Assembly: GCA_965206595.1 (NCBI GenBank) | Contig: OZ242214.1 | Span: 4,384,001 to 4,448,000 of the forward strand | DNA length: 64,000 bases | Direction of reading: 5' to 3' | DNA from: Candidatus Latescibacterota bacterium | Lineage (GTDB): Bacteria; Latescibacterota; UBA2968; UBA8231 | In this document: in pieces, positions 20,456 through 29,652 of the stretch | How the letters are laid out: each line of letters opens with the position of its first letter | Position numbering within the stretch: position 1 is the first letter of the stretch | Position numbers and translations under genes: made by a program | The notes under the pieces: model-generated | The model's input: only the letters and a program-made list of their open reading frames with translations | What the model was told of the DNA's origin: nothing | The model's database searches: none

Positions 20456-20875
20456 CTGGGGCTTACATCGAATACTGCGCAAAAGTATAAAGGAAAATAG
20501 AATTCGGTGTAAGTCCCTGAAGGGACAACGACTTATGGACATACTACGTAACAGGTTACGCGATGGATGGCAGAGGAGCTATTCGACACTGATATGATAG
20601 GAATCTTCCGACCGGCAGCGAGGTTGTTTTCGACAGTTCTGACGACCTCAGTGAGTTTTTCGCCGGATACCAAGAGGGCATCATATAGAGGGAAACTCAA
20701 ACCCTAATAAGCTCCATTCCCTTGCCTGTAGCGGAGCGGCGAGTAAAAGGGCTAATAGACAAGCTGTTTTTTCCAGACGCATTGTCTGCATCTCAGGGGG
20801 AGAGTCGCCTTGATGTTTCCCTTCTCCAGGATTCCTGTTACGTGGATCAGGGAGACTTTATTAGAGAACTGGATT

Positions 20876-21418
20876 TCAAACCTGATAGCCGGAAATCTTC
20901 CCTCCCTTAACCTTGATTGCCGGTGAGGTTCCGCTTCCAGTGGTGAATTCATCATTTGGAAACAGAATGGTCAGCAGTGATATACAAGCATACATCATAG
21001 GACCGGGATAGAATTTCCCGTATCCTGTTCGATATCTCCAGTCGTAAAATGCGTTGTCATGAGCTTCCAAGCACGATTCCAAACTATCAGCTGGAGTGTT
21101 GCGTACCCGAGAATTCTGCTCCATTTGGATAATGGATTTGTACACAGAAGATGCCTTTGTTCGGGCTTTTGGAGGCAGCTTCGAAAAAAGCATATGGAGA
21201 TTATGCTTCCAAAGGTTTCTCGTAATTGGCACACCATTCTCTTCTAAGAGTGCCTTTAATGCACACTCGATAGAAAAGGAAACCATCAAAGCAACTCCAA
21301 CCATTCTACCTAATTGCATGGAAGGACTATCGGTCTTCCATGTGGCGTTGTGGCTTTTGATTGCAAATTCAATTAAGCACTTTGCTTTGTATTTCCAAAA
21401 TTCGGCAGGGTCATTCAT
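20876..21418 (-). CDS. HEPN-like protein
   Basis: FSIECALKAL...KHNLHMLFSKL...AFYDWRY pattern typical of HEPN-family proteins. Confidence 0.65.
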   Translation of the reverse strand: MNDPAEFWKYKAKCLIEFAIKSHNATWKTDSPSMQLGRMVGVALMVSFSIECALKALLEENGVPITRNLWKHNLHMLFSKLPPKARTKASSVYKSIIQMEQNSRVRNTPADSLESCLEAHDNAFYDWRYRTGYGKFYPGPMMYACISLLTILFPNDEFTTGSGTSPAIKVKGGKISGYQV

Positions 21419-21917
21419 TTTCGATTTGTCTCAGTTCTTCTTCCTGCAATTTCTCCATTATTTGTCTCATCACTGAAAGAGGAACTACTGTGGTCATAAT
21501 GCCGTATATCCATTCATCGATTACTTCCAGGTATTTCCTGATTTGCCCTACTCCAATCTTATATACCATCCCCTCGTGTCGTCCTTGGAAACCTTTCCCT
21601 GTCCAACTAAATCTTTAGGCAACCGTATGCCTTACTTTCCTGCTTCTTCTTGAGATATGGCTATCCCAACTTCCTTGACGATTATCCATAGCTGGAGATC
21701 AATCAAATATTGGGATACATTTATTTAACAAGGAACTTTAGGGTATTATCCCGCGAATTTCAGGATAATATGGTATAACTATATAATAGAAAATGCAGAG
21801 AAATGGACATCCTCCGTCCCACTGTTTAGCCGGGAGGTGGAAGGAGAGTCAGAACATCCATCCACGTCGATTACAAGCATCCCTATGCCTTCACCCTAGA
21901 AGGTATCCTGGAAGATA

Positions 21918-22075
21918 TTATTCTTCGAGATCAACCGTAACGCCTACGCCTTGAATATGCTTCTCCGGAGATATTATTTGAAACACCCTTTCGACCACTG
22001 AGTCTCGAGGGCTCCGCCTTCCTTTTCTATCACTGAGAGAAGGTTCGATTCTGTTCCCACTAAGATCGAGCTGAG
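21918..22075 (-). pseudogene. Possible leucine-rich-repeat protein 3' remnant
   Basis: QLDLSGNRI (LRR consensus LxLxxNxI) and terminal HIQGVGVTVDL. Degenerate. Confidence 0.35.
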
Positions 22076-22090
22076 CGGGGTGCTGGGAGC

Positions 22091-22210
22091 CGCTGCAGGC
22101 CGGGGTAGAGATCTCGATGGAGGGCAAGAGTCGGTGGAGAAACAACGTCTTCATCGAGCGTCTCTGGCGCTTACGAGCGTGTCTATCTGCACGACTTGGA
22201 AGATGAGGCC
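22091..22210 (+). mobile_element. IS3-family transposase (rve) fragment
   Basis: GVEISMEGKSRWRNNVFIERLWR, then in another frame YERVYLHD. Matches IS3/IS407-group ISMDGKGRW.DNVFIERLWRSLKYE.VYL. Confidence 0.8.
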
Positions 22211-22397
22211 GGCTGCTCGCTATTCCGAGCCTGGCTATTTCTTTGCCACCAACCTGGAAGCGAGCCATTCCATTTTTGCCATCGTATCCATATTCCTGAT
22301 ATTATGTCGCCCTACCATCTCGTTCAAATACAGAGGGAAGTATTTTCTGGATATGTTCTGTCTATAAATGGAGTAATATGCATGCTTGAGAGTGGAG

Positions 22398-22886
22398 CTA
22401 TTTGAGAAGTTCATCTACAGCCCTACTGAAGCTTATGTATTGATAAACAAATTTAATTTGGTAATTGGATTTCAATAACCTCTTTGTCTTATCTGGAACT
22501 AAATAATACCATCCTCTTGTGCCGGGAACTACGGTATCCGCGTCGTCTCCTCCCCAAATGACTGAAACTCCATAGCTTGACTGGAGAGGAGCCACAAAAA
22601 CTCCATTTTCATTCTCTATTCCGAAAAACAGAACTACAGGTTCAATGCCCAAAGAGTCCCCAAGAGGGACTGAAATATGATGGGGGTTTCTCTTGGTATA
22701 GTTTTGATTCAATACGGTTTCTTCCAAGGACTCGACATCGAGATCGAGTCCAGGAAGGCCTTGTTCCCCGGGGGGGCCTTGCATGCCGGGAGGACCCCTT
22801 AACTCATCACAAGACAACAACAGAATCGCCAAAATAATTGACTGGGACGAAGCCAAGAGCCGCCTTGAATCTATTCGGGATAACAA
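22398..22886 (-). CDS. Lipoprotein with a short collagen-like repeat
   Basis: GGAGG RBS, hydrophobic ILAILLLSC lipobox and GPPGMQGPPGEQGLPG (5 Gly-X-Y triplets). Confidence 0.7.
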   Translation of the reverse strand: MLSRIDSRRLLASSQSIILAILLLSCDELRGPPGMQGPPGEQGLPGLDLDVESLEETVLNQNYTKRNPHHISVPLGDSLGIEPVVLFFGIENENGVFVAPLQSSYGVSVIWGGDDADTVVPGTRGWYYLVPDKTKRLLKSNYQIKFVYQYISFSRAVDELLK

Positions 22887-23497
22887 ATTTTCCTCCTAAA
22901 TAAAGCGGACTTATGCAGGACGGTTACGAAAGCTGGTCTTTGACCGAATCGATTAAGCAGTGGCAGTTTCTGCAATGATCATTCACGAATTCTCTAACTT
23001 TGGAAGGATCAGGAGCTAAGCGAAATATCAGTCGCGGGAGAATCCAAAGTCATTTCCCCCTCCATTTTCCCCACCTTTAGTACCAGACATTAGGACCCTT
23101 CCTTGGAACTGAGACCTTCCGGGACTGCTCATTCGTTCACCCCTCATGGTAGTATTCCTTTGCTCCGCTGTCAATCCCCGTTTTCGCCCCGCTTTTTCTC
23201 CACCATGTGTTTGCTCCAGGTCAGGGAGGGAACGGTTGTGGGCACGTCGCCCTCTTCCAGCATTCTTGGAAGAAAACCAGGCTTTCCTACCAGCTAAAGG
23301 ATAGGCGCAACGGATTCCACCTACCCCCTGGTCGGCACCCTACCGGCTGCGCTTAGTCAAGGAAAAGGCTCACCTTGATCGCCAGTGGTGCCGGAAGGTT
23401 CGAGCATATTATCCAGTCATCCCCCCGCCGGCTCCCCGGTCATTCTACCTGCGGTCAGTCCTCGATCAACCTCCTCTCCATTAGAGGGATGGGAGCC

Positions 23498-23569
23498 TTA
23501 GACGATTGTTACGGGATTCCCTGTCTGCCTAAGTTCACCGCTGGCTATCAGATCCCAACGGTCGTCTAA
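23498..23569. repeat. Imperfect inverted repeat / long hairpin in an ORF-poor region
   Basis: TTAGACGATTGTTACGGGAT ... ATCCCAACGGTCGTCTAA arms. Confidence 0.6.
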
Positions 23570-23814
23570 CCTATTGATATCAATCAACATAGCCAACAGA
23601 ATTCTGTCGACTTCCGGAAACGCAGGAATCGTAAATTTGACTTGAATCCGGTGTCCATCAATGGTTTCCGAGGGAGTTTAACAAACGCCTAATGCACCCA
23701 GAGGGATGGTGATTCTGGTGGCGTCCGCCAATGGAGGATGTTACAGGAAGTGGAGGAAACTTAGTTCCTGGAAGGAGGGAGTGCTTGCCTTGTGGGGGAG
23801 AGAGAGTCATAATG

Positions 23815-24120
23815 TTATACCAGCAAGAGAAGGGATTCGCCGAGGTCGTTATTTGTTCCTAAGAAAACAGACTTATGCCTTGTAATGTGAACCCCGAAAT
23901 CAAAAGTCGAACTCCGATCTTTGCATTCCTGGATTCTTTTAGAAGTTTCTGAACTCCAGGGGATTTTAATTGTTCTCCACGGGTACTCGCTGCCCACCTG
24001 GAAACCCCATGAAGGAGCGTCCCGTCTTCGGTCATTCTGCCTAATTCCCATAGACAGATAGACAGCTCCGGTTATGTCCAATCCAAGACCAATAAATTGA
24101 ATAAATCCAGAGGCGTCCAT
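23815..24120 (-). CDS. Small hypothetical membrane protein (possibly degraded)
   Basis: Hydrophobic N-terminus FIQFIGLGLDITGAVYL. Confidence 0.4.
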   Translation of the reverse strand: MDASGFIQFIGLGLDITGAVYLSMGIRQNDRRRDAPSWGFQVGSEYPWRTIKIPWSSETSKRIQECKDRSSTFDFGVHITRHKSVFLGTNNDLGESLLLLV

Positions 24121-24154
24121 CTTAATCGCCTTTATCGCTTTTGAATGATTTTCC

Positions 24155-24214
24155 GTAGTCAGGGTACCCTACTGGAGTATCCGTGTAGTCAGGAGACCCC
24201 ATCGGAGTCTCCGT
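24155..24214. repeat. 2 x 30-bp tandem repeat
   Basis: GTAGTCAGGGTACCCTACTGGAGTATCCGT / GTAGTCAGGAGACCCCATCGGAGTCTCCGT (24/30 identical). Confidence 0.75.
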
Positions 24215-24244
24215 CAGAGGTTCGTTGCCAGTCGGAAGTTTGTT

Positions 24245-25135
24245 TTATTGGTCGTCATTTTCTGAATAGAATGTATGATTAAGGACATGCAGCTTTCCCT
24301 CATGCACTTTCATAAAGTATTGAAGAAAGTTTTCCCGGTCATATTTTCTCATAAACTTGCAGATTTCTCGTAATTCATCGGGAACCTGTTCTTCGAAAAA
24401 GGGAACAGGATGATGGGGGGATTCCCCAGGATGTAAAGATTGAACGATATATCCAATATGGCGGATAATCAAATCATGGATTCCTGAATACTTTTTCTGA
24501 AATGAATCTACATCACCCGAATAAAGTTGATTTGCCATGTCGAACATTTTGTTATGCAATACCTCATAAAGGCGTGGAATGATATTCGGAGGCTCGATCT
24601 CATCTTGTTCTAAGATAATCTCCTTCTCCAGGATATATCTTATCGCCCATGCTACTTCCAGCATTGCGCCAATGCTTACTCTGGGCTGATTTTCTTCTTT
24701 CTTTGGAAATCCGTCAATAAGAAAGTACCTCCAAGTTGTATATCCGTCCTGGTCCCCCTTTCCTTTCTTCTTCGGAGGACCAACATCCAGAAGGTCAAGA
24801 AAGGACTTCAGGTCTTGAATGGGAATATAACTATGCAGTTGAACATAGCTCCCATAGGCCTTGTCCAATATCTCTCTATGTTCATCATGTAAATCATCAT
24901 ATAAGTCGCTTAGTCTATGCCCCCATCCAGGATCTCCAGATCGAGCATGAATAAAAAGCTTTAACCCCTGCTCTATAGCCGAATAAGACGAGGGAACCCA
25001 TATCCACAGCTGGATTCCCTCATAATCAGATACACAATCAGGGTTAATTCCGCCGGATTTATTATACATGCTGGATAGCATTTCAATGGCTTCAGAGGTC
25101 CTCGCCGCAGGATCAAAAAGAGGCCTTTTCGACAT
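24245..25135 (-). CDS. HEPN-like protein with a C-terminal extension
   Basis: YSAIEQGLKL...GHRLSDLYDDL...YTTWRYFL. Confidence 0.6.
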   Translation of the reverse strand: MSKRPLFDPAARTSEAIEMLSSMYNKSGGINPDCVSDYEGIQLWIWVPSSYSAIEQGLKLFIHARSGDPGWGHRLSDLYDDLHDEHREILDKAYGSYVQLHSYIPIQDLKSFLDLLDVGPPKKKGKGDQDGYTTWRYFLIDGFPKKEENQPRVSIGAMLEVAWAIRYILEKEIILEQDEIEPPNIIPRLYEVLHNKMFDMANQLYSGDVDSFQKKYSGIHDLIIRHIGYIVQSLHPGESPHHPVPFFEEQVPDELREICKFMRKYDRENFLQYFMKVHEGKLHVLNHTFYSENDDQ

Positions 25136-25178
25136 TTCAATAACTCTCCTATGATTGTGAGATGGGAAAGTGCATATC

Positions 25179-25719
25179 TTATTCTGACAATTCCTCGATT
25201 CTTTCCAGGATCGTTTTCTCTACTACGTAAGTAGGTCTACACGTTATAACCTTTGGTTTTCTCGTTCCGCTATATCCAAGATGAATAGATTTCGTCTCTC
25301 CTGAGTCAAAAAATACTGCCCCTCCAAACTTCTTCAATCCTTTCAATACATACCGTGCACTTACTCGAACCCTGGTTCCATTCTCAAATTCTCTGACAGA
25401 TATATTCATCGCCCCTTCCAGGTTAAGCTTCTGGGAAACTGAAGAGGTGTCCTCGTATTCAATCTGAGACCCGCAATCAACAAATATCTCGGGACGTTCA
25501 GATCCGAAATTCAGAGTAATTAAGCCGGATTCCTTGTCGATTCTTTCAATGGAAAAATGCCTTTCGGAGACACAATCAATGAGGATTTATCCATGTCTCA
25601 TCATATCCCGTGTCTACGAATATTGAATTGTCTTCTACGTGGTCCACCGGGGGAATGTATTTCTTTGAAGAGCATGAACACAACGCCAACAAAGCTATCA
25701 TGATGCCAATTCTAATCAT
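25179..25719 (-). pseudogene. Frameshifted lipoprotein
   Basis: MIRIGIMIALLALCSC lipobox to YDETW, continuing in a shifted frame near 25587 as ILIDCVSERHFSIERIDKESGLI...FVDCG and into ORF 25179-25409. Confidence 0.7.
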
Positions 25720-25783
25720 TTGAATTATCCTCGAAAATAAGCTGCAGGGTGGGAAAGAGGGAATATCATAACAGGAACGCAGT

Positions 25784-25987
25784 TTAACAGGGCGGCGGAG
25801 AGCCGCCTTGATGTTTACCTGGGTCCCTCCGAACAATCTCCGCCTTCCTGGACCCCTGGACTATGACTATCTCATGGGCACAGGAAGACGGTCTCTTGTG
25901 TCCCTTGGTGCATACAGCGATGGCGATGTCGTGCCATAGGAGACGCCACCGCCATAGGCCGTCTTCACAGAACATCTCGAATCGCAT
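25784..25987 (-). CDS. YegP/DUF1508-like small protein
   Basis: MRFEMFCEDGLWRWRLL...IAVCTKGHKRPSSCAHEIVIVQ. Confidence 0.6.
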   Translation of the reverse strand: MRFEMFCEDGLWRWRLLWHDIAIAVCTKGHKRPSSCAHEIVIVQGSRKAEIVRRDPGKHQGGSPPPC

Positions 25988-26019
25988 TGCGTTTGGTCGG
26001 CCCCGGAATCTGTCACCCT

Positions 26020-26425
26020 TCACGCAGACCCAGGGCCGACCTTTCGCCGGGGGACAGCAGCCCGGCTACTCGTGTCACAGATCACTGTCCCGCTTTCACC
26101 TGTCCCCAGGTACCCTTGATGATCGCAGTCGGTATTACCGCTGTCTCGATTTTCTCCGATACAATGCCGTCCTTCACTGCCGCGACAGGCCCAGCGGGAA
26201 GGATCGTTATCGAGTGTTGCAACTCTTGCCCTAACCGGATCGGAGTCAGACTGCTTCACTGATCCCCAAAACACAAAGGCAAATAGAGGCTCGTCCAGGC
26301 TCACTATCTCTCCGTCCTGATTCAGTCCAGTTGTAACCGCAACTTCCCGGTAAACCTCGTATCCCTCTGCATTAGGAACCAGGGTCCAGGCAAGGACTAC
26401 AAAGCCATCCCTCTTTTCTATTATC
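26020..26425 (-). pseudogene. Fragment of a surface protein (FN3-like)
   Basis: Open frame DGFVVLAWTLVPNAEGYEVYREV...LDEP...VATLDN with no clear start. Confidence 0.4.
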
Positions 26426-26434
26426 CATAGGGAA

Positions 26435-27007
26435 TCATCTCCACCAAAAGGCTGACTTTCCCTCTACTTCAGGATCGAATGGGGAGCATATAAATTGCCC
26501 CAAAGTTCGAGAAAACAATGAAATCTCATTTCTGCTAACAACCTTACCTGCTTCGCCGATAAAGTTACTGGCAGGCCATTTCCCTACCGCGTCCCTAATG
26601 TCTTCTACTCCTCCCTCAATTTGAAATCGGAAAGACTCCGCGCAATCACAAATGAGATTACCGAGTTCTGAAACTTCAATAGGGTCAAAAAATTCCACTT
26701 CTATCGTTCTATCTTTCAATTGGACTTTATTGGACGTGTTACTGACTAATTCCAGTAGGCAGTCAGTCAATTTACCTTGAAGAGATCTCTTTCTGCCTGC
26801 CCTTACATTCGACGGCAATAAAAACTGCTGAGCCCATTGATGACCAGAAATAGACATGATAAGACGGAAATACTGCGGAGAAATTTCCTCTATTATGGAG
26901 GGAAACTTATCCCTTATGGGAGAAAGCGCCATTATTGACACAATTGATATCAGATTTATTGCGTCCTCGGCCTTTTCCTTATCCGACTTCCCAAATAATC
27001 CAAACAT
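26435..27007 (-). CDS. Hypothetical protein
   Basis: 190-aa ORF starting MFGLFGKS with GGAG upstream; no recognised motif. Confidence 0.6.
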   Translation of the reverse strand: MFGLFGKSDKEKAEDAINLISIVSIMALSPIRDKFPSIIEEISPQYFRLIMSISGHQWAQQFLLPSNVRAGRKRSLQGKLTDCLLELVSNTSNKVQLKDRTIEVEFFDPIEVSELGNLICDCAESFRFQIEGGVEDIRDAVGKWPASNFIGEAGKVVSRNEISLFSRTLGQFICSPFDPEVEGKSAFWWR

Positions 27008-27074
27008 TCGAACCTAACTCCTATCGGTGCAGGTCGAGGACTTGATTTTTTTGTTTTCCGGGGGGAATCCAGGG

Positions 27075-27100
27075 TGGAGGTGGACCCCATACTTTGGACA
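27075..27100 (-). mobile_element. Isolated IS3/IS407-group-like terminal inverted repeat
   Basis: Minus strand TGTCCAAAGTATGGGGTCCACCTCCA resembles IS407-group right ends. Confidence 0.45.
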
Positions 27101-27550
27101 ACCGGGCACCAGAATTAGAGAATTAAATCGGACGTTGTGAAATGTCCCACAGTCTACTAATAGCCCAAGGTCGAAGAAGGTCGAGGGAAGTTAGTCCCTA
27201 TCGGAGTAAATTGAAGATGTCCCCGCCTCTGATTTCGAAAGGATCAGGGCGGCATACCCCCTCGACAAAAGGGCGGTAGAGTGCCGATTCAAAAGCGCGA
27301 ATTTAGAAAAAATCTGGTATAACATAGTAGATAAGGGGGTTCAGGGGTATCCATTTAAGAGCACCTGTCAGTGGACCCAGTCCGGGGCCGCCGCTCTACG
27401 ATGGGTTTGAATCGTTCTGCCGGCCCGGGGGCCCATGTGCCCTCGTCGAGATCTTCCACGAGGCGCCCCGTTCCGCGAAGATACCGAACGCGTCACTCCA
27501 GCACACTCCGCTGGCCCGAGGACTCTCTGGATATGCCTTGGCGAAAGCTA

Positions 27551-27694
27551 CCGTCGGGCTACTACAACCGCTGGCTGAGCGCCATGGAGAGGCTGCTGCT
27601 GCAACGGGGGCTGGTTACCTCCGAGGAGTTGGATCGGCGCACCCGGGAGCTCGCCTCGGGCCGGAGAGAAGACCCGGACCGTCACCGCGGCTGA
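27551..27694 (+). pseudogene. Nitrile hydratase accessory protein, 3' fragment
   Basis: YYNRWLSAMERLLLQRGLVTSEELDRRT is the NHase beta-like accessory motif. Confidence 0.7.
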
Positions 27695-27834
27695 CGCCGC
27701 CGTTGGCCGAGGAGGCCGGATCGCTTAACCGGCACCATCGATCTCGGACAGCTCCAACTATCTCCGGCTCCGGCCGCCGTCCATTCCCCCGCTGCCCGCG
27801 GATACCCGCTCAGCTGTCGGCTGATTCCCCGATC

Positions 27835-29652
27835 CTACCTGTCGTACCAGCCGGCCTGCAGGGCCCACATGCGGGCGTACTCCCCGCCCCGGGAGACCAG
27901 CTCGTCGTGGGTTCCGTTCTCGATCAGCCGCCCCTCCTCGAGGACGAGGATGCGGTCGCACAGCCGCGCCGAGCCCAAGCGGTGGGAGACCACGATGGTG
28001 GTGCGCCCCCCGGCCATGGACAGAAAGCGGCGGAACACATCCGCCTCGGCCTGCGGGTCCAGGGAGGCGGTCGGCTCGTCGAGGACGACGAAGTCCCCCT
28101 CGCGCATGAACCCCCTGGAGATGGCCACGCGCTGCCACTCGCCGCCGGACAGCTCGGTGCCCCCTTCGAACTCCCGGGTGAGCAGGGTGTCGTAGCCCTC
28201 CGGGAGCCGGCCGGCGACGGCGTCGGCCCCGCCCTGGTGCGCGGCGCGCTCGATTTCGCCAGGCTCCCCCATCCTCTCGCTACGCCCGAAGCCGATGTTC
28301 TCGCCGAGGGGGAAGGCGAAGCGGGTGTAGTCCTGGAAGACCGCGGCCGACTGGTCCCGGAGCCGGATGCCGTTCACCCGTTCGGCCTCGAGGTCGCCGT
28401 ATCTCAGCTCGCCGGCGGTGGGGCGGAACAGCCCCAGCAGGATCTTGACGAGGGTGGTCTTGCCGGAGCCGTTGGCCCCGACCAGGGCGACGCGCTCGCC
28501 GGGCAGGATGGTGAAGGTGACCTCCTCGAGGACGGGGCGGTCCGCCTGCGGGTACCGGAAGCAGAGGTTGCGTGCGGAGATGGGTGTCCGGGAGAGAGCG
28601 CCGATGTCTTTCCCTTCCGGCGGCTCTTCCGGGCCCAGGTCCAGGTAGATGAACAGGTCGGCGATGTTGAGCAGCCGGATGGAGAGGAAGCCCATGCGGT
28701 TGACGAGGTGGGCGACGCTGAACCGCACCTGGCGCAGGGCGACGATCATGGCGGCGAACTGCCCTGCCGACAGCCCGCCTTCGAGAACCGCCCACGCCGA
28801 CCAGCCCACCCCGGCTGCCAGCCCCAGGAGGCTGAAGGCGGACAGTGCACCGCCGATGGCGTAATGCCTGCGGCGGTGCCGGTAGATGAGGTCGGCCACC
28901 CGCCAGTAGAGGTGTTCCCACCATCCGATCAGTGTCGGGCCCAGGCCGAAGACCCGCACCTCCTTGGCGGCGTCCCTTCCGGTCAGCGTCCTCTCCAGGT
29001 AGCCGCGCAGTCGCTGTGACTGGGTCTGCGCGCGATGCAGGTAGAACTCGTGGCTATTGTGGACCATGCCGGCGAGCGGCGGCGGCAGCGAGACGAGGAG
29101 GATGGCGACGAGAAGGAGGGGGTCCCAGAGCCCGACGACGACGGCGACCGAGACCGCGGTCAGTGTTCCGGTGAAGACCGTGCGGATTTCGCCGAAGAGG
29201 TTGAGGAAGAAGCCGGGGGTGGCGGCCTCCTGGGCGCGGCGCAGGAGGTCGTGGAAGTCGGCCCGCTCGAAGACCTCCAGGCGCAGGGACCGGGACTTGA
29301 CCTGGAGCTGCTCGAGGAGGCGGTCCTCCATCTCCTGCTTCAGGCGCTCGAGCAGGATCATTCGGGTCCAGGTCTGAATGCCGGTCTCGGCCAGGGTCAC
29401 GGCCGCCCACAGGGCCAGCCAGCCGAGCATGGCATCCGCGGGAAGCCGGCCTTCGTACACGTCGAGGCCGCGGTCGAAGAGCTCCCGAACGATCCAGACC
29501 GTAGCAGCCGGCAGCAGGCCGGCGGTGAACTGCAGCGCCAGGGAGACGGTGGCGCGCCGGGGGTCGGTGCGGATCATCCATCCCATGAAGCGGAGCAGGG
29601 TCTGGGGCGCCGGCGGTCGCTGGAGGATGGGATCGGGTTCTACCGGTACCAC
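27835..29652 (-). CDS. ABC exporter, fused permease/ATP-binding subunit
   Basis: TM N-half, GANGSGKTT, LSGGEWQRVA, LDEPT and SHRL. Start is approximate (GTG 29652). Confidence 0.92.
   Translation of the reverse strand: MVPVEPDPILQRPPAPQTLLRFMGWMIRTDPRRATVSLALQFTAGLLPAATVWIVRELFDRGLDVYEGRLPADAMLGWLALWAAVTLAETGIQTWTRMILLERLKQEMEDRLLEQLQVKSRSLRLEVFERADFHDLLRRAQEAATPGFFLNLFGEIRTVFTGTLTAVSVAVVVGLWDPLLLVAILLVSLPPPLAGMVHNSHEFYLHRAQTQSQRLRGYLERTLTGRDAAKEVRVFGLGPTLIGWWEHLYWRVADLIYRHRRRHYAIGGALSAFSLLGLAAGVGWSAWAVLEGGLSAGQFAAMIVALRQVRFSVAHLVNRMGFLSIRLLNIADLFIYLDLGPEEPPEGKDIGALSRTPISARNLCFRYPQADRPVLEEVTFTILPGERVALVGANGSGKTTLVKILLGLFRPTAGELRYGDLEAERVNGIRLRDQSAAVFQDYTRFAFPLGENIGFGRSERMGEPGEIERAAHQGGADAVAGRLPEGYDTLLTREFEGGTELSGGEWQRVAISRGFMREGDFVVLDEPTASLDPQAEADVFRRFLSMAGGRTTIVVSHRLGSARLCDRILVLEEGRLIENGTHDELVSRGGEYARMWALQAGWYDR

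Noticed and set aside
23498-23569. Possible integron attC site
   Set aside because: The core heptamers are in the reverse order of attC (RYYYAAC...GTTRRRY), the site is single-copy and there is no integrase.
24155-24214. Possible CRISPR repeat pair
   Set aside because: Only two adjacent 30-bp units with no spacer, and no cas genes in the window.
20456-27550. Prophage
   Set aside because: No integrase, terminase, capsid, tail or replication genes, and no att duplication seen.
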